Source of the DNA: an uncultured Muribaculaceae bacterium
GTDB lineage: Bacteria; Bacillota_I; Bacilli_A; RF39; UBA660
Assembly (NCBI GenBank): GCA_964555585.1
Contig: CAZKSN010000001.1
Coordinates: 58,709-122,708, forward strand
DNA length: 64,000 bases
Direction: 5' to 3'
How positions within the stretch are numbered: the stretch's first letter is position 1; each line of letters opens with the position of its first letter. A program made the translations under genes and the position numbers. Positions 58,164 through 64,000 of the stretch are shown here, one piece after another. The notes under the pieces are model-generated. The model was not told where the DNA came from, did no database searches, and saw nothing but the letters and a program-made list of their open reading frames with translations.

Positions 58164-61100
58164 TATTCTTCACTCCCCTCATAAAGATCATTATCATTCT
58201 CCTCATCAAAGTCATCCTGAAGTTCTTCTTCCTTTATTTCTTCTTCAATTGAATCAATGACTTCATCCTTTACAATATCCAATTCATCTATTGTAACCGG
58301 AATATCTTCCTTTTCCTCTTCTAGTTCTAATTCCTTAAACTCCTTGAGTTTTCCGCCTTTAGTAAGCACAGAAATATCCAGTCCCAAAGCTTGGAATTCT
58401 TTAATCAGAACTCTAAATGATTCAGGTACTCCAGCTTGATCTACTGATTTTCCCTTTACCAATGATTCGTATACTTTTACACGACCAATCACATCATCTG
58501 ATTTAATTGTCAATACTTCTTGAAGAATATGAGCAGCACCATATGCATAAAGTGCCCAAACTTCCATTTCACCAAATCTTTGACCACCAAATTGTGCTTT
58601 ACCTCCTAAAGGTTGCTGAGTTACCAGTGAATAAGGTCCTGTAGCTCTTGCGTGAAGTTTATCATCAACCATATGTATAAGTTTTATCATATACATGACA
58701 CCAACAGATACTCTCTTATCAAACTTTTCTCCAGTTCTTCCATCATAAAGATCTGTCTTGTAATCTTCAGAAAGCCCTGCTTCTTTAGTAATTGAAGCAA
58801 TATCTTCTGATGAAGCACTGTCAAAAATCGGAGTTGCAATATGACAATTCAATGTCTTTGCAGCCATACCTAAGTGCAATTCAAGAATTTGACCTAAATT
58901 CATACGAGAAGGAACACCCAAAGGATTTAACAAAATGTCTACCGGTCTTCCATCTGGCAAATATGGCATATCTTCTTGAGGTAATATTAAGGATACAACA
59001 CCTTTGTTACCATGACGTCCTGCCATTTTATCTCCAATTTGCATTTTTCTTTTCTTAATTATATAAACTCTAACCATTTTGATGACTCCAGCTGCAAGTT
59101 CGTCAGAATTTTCTTTAGTAAATACTTGAACATCATGAACTATTCCAGAACTTCCATGAGAAACTCTTTTAGAAGTATCTCTTACTTCTCTGGTTTTTTC
59201 ACCGAATATTGCATGTAATAGTTTCTCTTCACTAGATAATTCCTGAACACCTTTTGGAGTAACCTTGCCTACTAAAATATCGTTTTCCTTTACTTCAGTA
59301 CCAATTCTTACAATTCCGTCTTCTCCAAGATTTTTTCTAGCTTCTTCACTTACATTCGGAATATCTCTTGTAAATTCTTCAGGTCCAAGTTTTGTATCTC
59401 TACATTCTACTTCTTCCATTTCTATATGAATAGAAGTTAAAACGTCATCTTTTACTATTCTTTCATTTAAAATAACAGCATCTTCATAGTTATAACCATT
59501 AAAAGTCATGAATGCCACTAATAAGTTTTTACCTAAAGCCAATTCTCCCATATCAGTAGAAGGTCCATCTGCAATAACAGTTCCCTTAGAAACTTTATCA
59601 CCCTTTTTAACAATAGGTCTTTGATTATAACAGGTTTCCCCGTTGCTTCTCTGATAATTCATTAATTCATAAGGCTGTTTATCTTTTGAGCCTTTAATAA
59701 TTATCTTTTTAGCATCTACATATTCAACTTCTCCAGCTTCTTTTGCAAGTAAAACTGCGCCTGTATCTCTTACAGCCATATATTCAACACCAGTTCCAAC
59801 AATTGGAGCTTCTGTTTTTAATAGAGGTACTGCCTGACGCTGCATGTTTGCACCCATAAGTGTTCTGTTAGCATCATCATGTTCCAAGAAAGGAATCATA
59901 CTGGTAGTAACAGATACAATTTGAGATGGACTTACATCAATAAAGTTAACTTTTTCAGCTAAAATTAATAAGTTATCTCCATCATATCTGGCTGGTACTA
60001 TCTCCTGAGTTATTTCATTTTTACCATTTACTTCAACAGTGGCCTGAGAAATATAATAATCCTCTTCTTCATCTGCTGTTAAATATGCTATTTCATCAGT
60101 TATCTTTCTGTTAACCACTTTCCTGTATGGAGTCATAATAAATCCATATTCATTAACTTTAGCATAACTTGACAATGAAGTTATAAGTCCGATATTTTGT
60201 CCCTCTGGAGTTTCAATAGGACATATTCTTCCATAGTGAGAACTATTAACGTCTCTAACTTCCATTCCGGCTCTATCTCTTGATAATCCTCCTGGACCTA
60301 GGGCACTTAATCTTCTCTTATCATTTAATTCTGCAAGTGGATTAACTTGTTCCATAAATTTAGATAATTGACTGCTTCCAAAGAATTCTTTTAAAGCCGC
60401 TGTTACCGGTCTAATATTTATTAAACTCTTTGGTGTAACCGCATCTATTTCCTGAGTACTCATTCTTTCTCTGATAACTCTTTCCATACGTGCTATACCA
60501 ATCTTGAATTGATTCTGAATCAATTCTCCACTTTGTCTTATCCTTCTATTTCCTAAATGATCTATTTCATCATAGTTACCAACACCATAATGTAAATTAA
60601 TGTAATATGAAATAGAAGCATATATATCAGATATGGTAAGTCTCTTTATATCAATATTTTGATCATTACCTACAACTTTCAATACTCTTTCAGAGTCATC
60701 ATTGGAATAAACTAAAATTTCTTGAATTTTATTGAATTCATCAAGTTCTTCATTTATTTTAACTTCCTTAACTCCATAACCATTCTCAAATATAGGTTTA
60801 ATATTTTCCAATATTTCCTTTGTTATTAAAGTTCCTTTTTTAACAATTACTTCTTTTCCAGCTTTGATATCCTGAGCGATTCTGTTATTTAAAAGTCTGT
60901 CTAAAACATTTAACTTTTTATTAAACTTATAACGTCCCACTTTAGCCAAATCATATCTGAATTTATCAAAGAATCTTGTGATTAATTGGTTTTTAGAACT
61001 GTCTAAAGTAGCTGGTTCCCCAGGTCTTAATTTTTCATATATTTCTATTAAAGCTTCATCAGTATTCTTAGTAAAATCTTTATCTAGAGTATTTTGTAGA

Positions 61101-61747
61101 TATTCATCTTCACCAAATAAATTTATAATTTCTTCATTAGAAGATAAACCTAAGGCTCTTAGGAAAGTAGTAATAGTAACTTTTCTTGTTCTATCAATTC
61201 TAACATAAAAAACACCACGAGCATCAAGTTCGTATTCCAAATATGTTCCTTTATTAGGAATTACTTCACTAGTAATTACGTTTCTTCCGTTTTTATCAAT
61301 TTCTCTTTTATAATAAATACTAGGAGAACGTACTAACTGAGAGTTAATTACTCTTTCAACACCATTAATTATAAATGATCCTGTTTCAGTCATTAAAGGC
61401 ATGTCGCCTAAATAAACTTCCTGTTCCTTTACCTCTCCAGTTTCGTTGATAAACAGTCTTGTTTGAACTCTTAAAGGAGAAGCGTAAGTTACCCTTCTGT
61501 TTTTACTTTCTTTTACTGAATATCTTGGCTCATCCAATATATAGCTTCCAAATTCAAGTGATAATGAACCAGAAAAACTTTCAACTGGTGAAACGTCATT
61601 AAGAACCTCTTTTATTCCTTCATTTAAAAATGTATCAAACGAATCTTTCTGTATTTCAAGTAGATTACTTAGTTCCATCTTGTTGCGCATTTTAGAGAAA
61701 TTTCTTCTTTCTCTATGGTCTCCAAATTTTTCAATTTTGTACGACAC
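58163..61747 (-). CDS. rpoB: DNA-directed RNA polymerase subunit beta
   Basis: N-terminus [20 protein letters not shown]...[15 protein letters not shown] parallels the Firmicute RpoB start. Conserved [19 protein letters not shown] region. 1194 aa. Confidence 0.95.
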   Translation of the reverse strand: MSYKIEKFGDHRERRNFSKMRNKMELSNLLEIQKDSFDTFLNEGIKEVLNDVSPVESFSGSLSLEFGSYILDEPRYSVKESKNRRVTYASPLRVQTRLFINETGEVKEQEVYLGDMPLMTETGSFIINGVERVINSQLVRSPSIYYKREIDKNGRNVITSEVIPNKGTYLEYELDARGVFYVRIDRTRKVTITTFLRALGLSSNEEIINLFGEDEYLQNTLDKDFTKNTDEALIEIYEKLRPGEPATLDSSKNQLITRFFDKFRYDLAKVGRYKFNKKLNVLDRLLNNRIAQDIKAGKEVIVKKGTLITKEILENIKPIFENGYGVKEVKINEELDEFNKIQEILVYSNDDSERVLKVVGNDQNIDIKRLTISDIYASISYYINLHYGVGNYDEIDHLGNRRIRQSGELIQNQFKIGIARMERVIRERMSTQEIDAVTPKSLINIRPVTAALKEFFGSSQLSKFMEQVNPLAELNDKRRLSALGPGGLSRDRAGMEVRDVNSSHYGRICPIETPEGQNIGLITSLSSYAKVNEYGFIMTPYRKVVNRKITDEIAYLTADEEEDYYISQATVEVNGKNEITQEIVPARYDGDNLLILAEKVNFIDVSPSQIVSVTTSMIPFLEHDDANRTLMGANMQRQAVPLLKTEAPIVGTGVEYMAVRDTGAVLLAKEAGEVEYVDAKKIIIKGSKDKQPYELMNYQRSNGETCYNQRPIVKKGDKVSKGTVIADGPSTDMGELALGKNLLVAFMTFNGYNYEDAVILNERIVKDDVLTSIHIEMEEVECRDTKLGPEEFTRDIPNVSEEARKNLGEDGIVRIGTEVKENDILVGKVTPKGVQELSSEEKLLHAIFGEKTREVRDTSKRVSHGSSGIVHDVQVFTKENSDELAAGVIKMVRVYIIKKRKMQIGDKMAGRHGNKGVVSLILPQEDMPYLPDGRPVDILLNPLGVPSRMNLGQILELHLGMAAKTLNCHIATPIFDSASSEDIASITKEAGLSEDYKTDLYDGRTGEKFDKRVSVGVMYMIKLIHMVDDKLHARATGPYSLVTQQPLGGKAQFGGQRFGEMEVWALYAYGAAHILQEVLTIKSDDVIGRVKVYESLVKGKSVDQAGVPESFRVLIKEFQALGLDISVLTKGGKLKEFKELELEEEKEDIPVTIDELDIVKDEVIDSIEEEIKEEELQDDFDEENDNDLYEGSEE

Positions 61748-62013
61748 TATTTCACCCCAATCCTATATTTTAAAAGAACACATTTTTATAATTAAAAACA
61801 CGTATTGCAATTTATAATATTATCAAACATAATACAAGTTGTCAACGTTTATTTATATAATATAAATGTTCTTCTTAGTATTTTTTTGAATATTTGAATA
61901 ACTAAATATTATAAATCATAATAAAACCTTAAAGTACGTATTTATACTTAAAGCTTTATTATAAAATTAATAATATCTTTTCTATCCATTAATTTCCCCT
62001 TAATTAAACTCAA

Positions 62014-62037
62014 AAAAGCCTTTTATTTTAAAGGCCT
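62014..62037 (-). terminator. rplL-rpoB intergenic attenuator hairpin
   Basis: On the minus-strand transcript GCCTTT-AAAATA-AAAGGC is followed by U6, 7 nt after the rplL stop. Partial terminators at this position are a known feature of the rplKAJL-rpoBC operon. Confidence 0.5.
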
Positions 62038-62043
62038 ATATAA

Positions 62044-62409
62044 TTATACTAATTCTACAGTTGCGCCAGCTTCTTCAAACTTAGCTTTAATGTCATTTGC
62101 TTCATCAATTGAAGAATTTTCTTTAACAGTTCCTCCAGCATCAGCAATATCTTTAGCTTCTTTTAAGCCTAATCCAGTTAATTCTCTGATAATTTTAATT
62201 ACCTGTAATTTATTGGCTCCTGCTTCTTTTAATACAATATTCTTTGTACCACTTTCTTCTTCAGCTACTACTGCAACAGGTGCTGCCATTGCTACTGCAG
62301 ATGGATCAACTCCTAATTCCTCTTTCATTAAGTCTACTAATTCTTTTACTTCAAGAACAGTTTTTTCCTTAATACTTTCAATTATTTCTTTGTTTGACAA
62401 TTTTGCCAT
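62044..62409 (-). CDS. rplL: 50S ribosomal protein L7/L12
   Basis: MAKLSNKEIIESIKEKTVLEV...AAAPVAV...IKIIRELTGLGLKEAKD...EAGATVEL. Confidence 0.9.
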   Translation of the reverse strand: MAKLSNKEIIESIKEKTVLEVKELVDLMKEELGVDPSAVAMAAPVAVVAEEESGTKNIVLKEAGANKLQVIKIIRELTGLGLKEAKDIADAGGTVKENSSIDEANDIKAKFEEAGATVELV

Positions 62410-62912
62410 TATTCATTTCCTCCCTTTTCTAATTTTTCAGCGTATAAATTTAACGCTATACTTAATTTTTTCACATGTTCCATTAAACCACTAGCAAACA
62501 TTGTAAGTAATCCTTCCATACTTGGAATAGTAGCATAATCATTGATAACTTTTTTATCAATCACTTCATTATCCACATAACCTACTCTTATTTCAAGTGC
62601 TGGATGATCCTTAGCAAATTCACTTACCATTTTAATTGGTTCTAAGATTTCATTTGAAAACAAATAAGCATTTGGACCAGCCATATAATCATTTAAGTCT
62701 ATATTTTTATCTTTTAATGCTAAATCCATTAAAGTATTCTTATAGATCTTGATATCTGTTCCACGGCTTCTCAAACTTCTTCTTAAAGCATCAATTTCAC
62801 TAACAGACAGTCCTTGATAGTTTAACAATAAGAATGTTTTTGAATTATCAAGTTTCTGCTTAATTTCTTCTACTGTTGCTTTTTTAAGTTCAAGACTTTT
62901 CTCACTTGCCAT
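62409..62912 (-). CDS. rplJ: 50S ribosomal protein L10
   Basis: 167 aa, typical L10 N-terminal domain. Positioned between rplA and rplL. AAAGGAGG RBS. Confidence 0.9.
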   Translation of the reverse strand: MASEKSLELKKATVEEIKQKLDNSKTFLLLNYQGLSVSEIDALRRSLRSRGTDIKIYKNTLMDLALKDKNIDLNDYMAGPNAYLFSNEILEPIKMVSEFAKDHPALEIRVGYVDNEVIDKKVINDYATIPSMEGLLTMFASGLMEHVKKLSIALNLYAEKLEKGGNE

Positions 62913-63056
62913 TAACTCATCCTCCTTTTATTATTTTAAAAAAGCTTCCCAGACGGGAAGCTTACAAAATTATATTTTATAAGTTCCTCGGTAGGATTTA
63001 CTTACCACCTACTGTCTTTGGTACTCACTTCATTAACAATTATTATATTATAGTTT
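62913..63056 (-). ncRNA. ribosomal protein L10 leader (autoregulatory 5'-UTR of rplJL) with terminator-like hairpin
   Basis: 144-nt untranslated region between rplA and rplJ containing AAGCTTCCC-GTCT-GGGAAGCTT, followed by a T-run directly before the rplJ RBS. Confidence 0.45.
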
Positions 63057-63755
63057 TTAATTTTTGTCAAAAGAATTTTTATCAATTCTTACACTTGGAC
63101 TCATAGTTGAAGAAATACTTATATTTTTAATAAACATTCCCTTAACTCCATTTGGTTTATTTTTTATTATTTCATTTATAAAAGCATTTAAATTTTCTAA
63201 TAAATCATCTTCTTTAAATGAAAGTTTACCAATTGGTGCATGTACATTTCCAAAAGTATCATTTTTGTATTCAATCATACCTTTTTTAATATTTGATACA
63301 GCAGTTGCTACATTAGTAGTAACAGTTCCAAGTTTAGGATTAGGCATTAATCCCTTAGGCCCTAGTACTTTTCCTATTTTTCCTAATGCAGGCATCATTT
63401 CAGGTGAAGCTACTATTGAATCAAAATCAAACCATTGTTCTTTTTCAATCTTTTCAATCATATCTTCAGCACCTATAAAATCAGCTCCGGCTTTTTTTGC
63501 ATCTTCAACATTGTTTTTTGTTATTACCAATACTCTTTTTGTCTTACCTATACCTTTAGGCAATACTATTGAACTTCTCAAGTTCATTTCAGCTTTTTTA
63601 GTATCAATATTTAATCTTAAAGCAATTTCAACTGTTTCATCAAATTTTCTGGTTTTGATACTCTTAAGAATTTTAATCGCTTCTTGAGCTGTATAAGATT
63701 TATCCTTATCAACTAACTTTGAAGCTTCCACATACATCTTACTGTGTTTTTTCAT
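63057..63755 (-). CDS. rplA: 50S ribosomal protein L1
   Basis: MKKHSKMYVEASKLVDKDKSYTAQEAIKIL matches the L1 N-terminus. AGGAGGG RBS 6 nt upstream of this ATG (the track ORF starts inside the RBS). Confidence 0.9.
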   Translation of the reverse strand: MKKHSKMYVEASKLVDKDKSYTAQEAIKILKSIKTRKFDETVEIALRLNIDTKKAEMNLRSSIVLPKGIGKTKRVLVITKNNVEDAKKAGADFIGAEDMIEKIEKEQWFDFDSIVASPEMMPALGKIGKVLGPKGLMPNPKLGTVTTNVATAVSNIKKGMIEYKNDTFGNVHAPIGKLSFKEDDLLENLNAFINEIIKNKPNGVKGMFIKNISISSTMSPSVRIDKNSFDKN

Positions 63756-63800
63756 TTTTACCCTCCTCATGTGGTCTTTGGATTATATTTTATTACTCAC

Positions 63801-64000
63801 TTATTCTTTTTCTTCTGTAGTTTCTTGAGCTTCATCAGAAGTACTTTGTTCTGTAGATTCTACTTCAGGAACAACAGCTTCTGCCATAGATTTAGCTTCT
63901 GCTTCCATCTCTTCTAATTCGCTTTCAAGTTTAGCCATAGCTTCTTCTTCTTTTTTAGCTTCTGCTGCTTGTTCTGCAAGTTCAGCATCGTTAACACCTT
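63801..64000 (-). CDS. 3' end of an unidentified gene ending in a Glu/Ala-rich acidic tail (not recognisable as L11)
   Basis: Only one minus-strand frame is open to the window edge: ...VNDAELAEQAAEAKKEEEAMAKLESELEEMEAEAKSMAEAVVPEVESTEQSTSDEAQETTEEKE*. Confidence 0.35.
   Translation of the reverse strand, partial: GVNDAELAEQAAEAKKEEEAMAKLESELEEMEAEAKSMAEAVVPEVESTEQSTSDEAQETTEEKE

Noticed and set aside
53401-63687. Plus-strand ORFs 53401..53604, 54505..54981, 55296..55484, 58257..58439, 58792..59058, 59012..59218, 60978..61208, 62090..62494, 62906..63106 and 63064..63687
   Set aside because: Antisense to spoIIGA, rpoC, rpoB, rplL/rplJ and rplA. 63064..63687 (207 aa) mirrors nearly the whole rplA gene.

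Overview
Very AT-rich window, standard genetic code (TGG Trp; TAA/TAG/TGA all used as stops). It comes from a low-GC endospore-forming Firmicute with Clostridia-like gene content. About 85% of genes lie on the minus strand.

Mostly core genes:
- 5' end of dnaE; rpmB; cdaA-cdaR (c-di-AMP cyclase and its regulator).
- tRNA-Arg(TCT); a sporulation/germination-flavoured block (GerM-like, GerE-like, an orphan SpoIIIAH); rpmG-efp; a NUDIX hydrolase; a class B PBP; nfo.
- Competence genes: a prepilin, comEC and comEA.
- Cell wall and nucleotide genes: two SEDS (FtsW/RodA/SpoVE) proteins; a divergent tmk-like/thyX-like pair; def; an ECF transporter S-A-T module.
- Chromosome and RNA: rnc-smc; topoisomerase IV parE-parC; tRNA-Ile(GAT) and tRNA-Glu(TTC); a reduced spoVD/ftsI-mraY-spoVE/ftsW block; tkt.
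- SOS and processing: lexA with a GAAC-N4-GTTT box; a rhomboid protease; rluD; lspA.
- Sporulation sigma cluster spoIIGA-sigE ... sigG-ylmC, which directly abuts rpoC.
- rpoC-rpoB-rplL-rplJ-rplA, with the L10 leader and the rplL-rpoB attenuator hairpin.

No CRISPR array, IS element, integrase or toxin/defence gene was recognised.

Most unusual items:
1. Two large lineage-specific bitopic membrane proteins inserted between sigE and sigG: an 838-aa coiled-coil protein with a PE-repeat linker, and a 569-aa Cys/Tyr/Thr-rich ectodomain protein.
2. A tmk-like/thyX-like pair whose catalytic motifs are degenerate.
3. A ~330-bp non-coding island between convergent genes next to two tRNAs.
4. A 52-aa membrane peptide, driven by a consensus sigma-A promoter, divergent from lexA.
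5. Several synteny breaks: an orphan spoIIIAH after efp; rpoC followed by sporulation genes instead of rpsL-rpsG-fusA-tuf; no recognisable rplK upstream of rplA.
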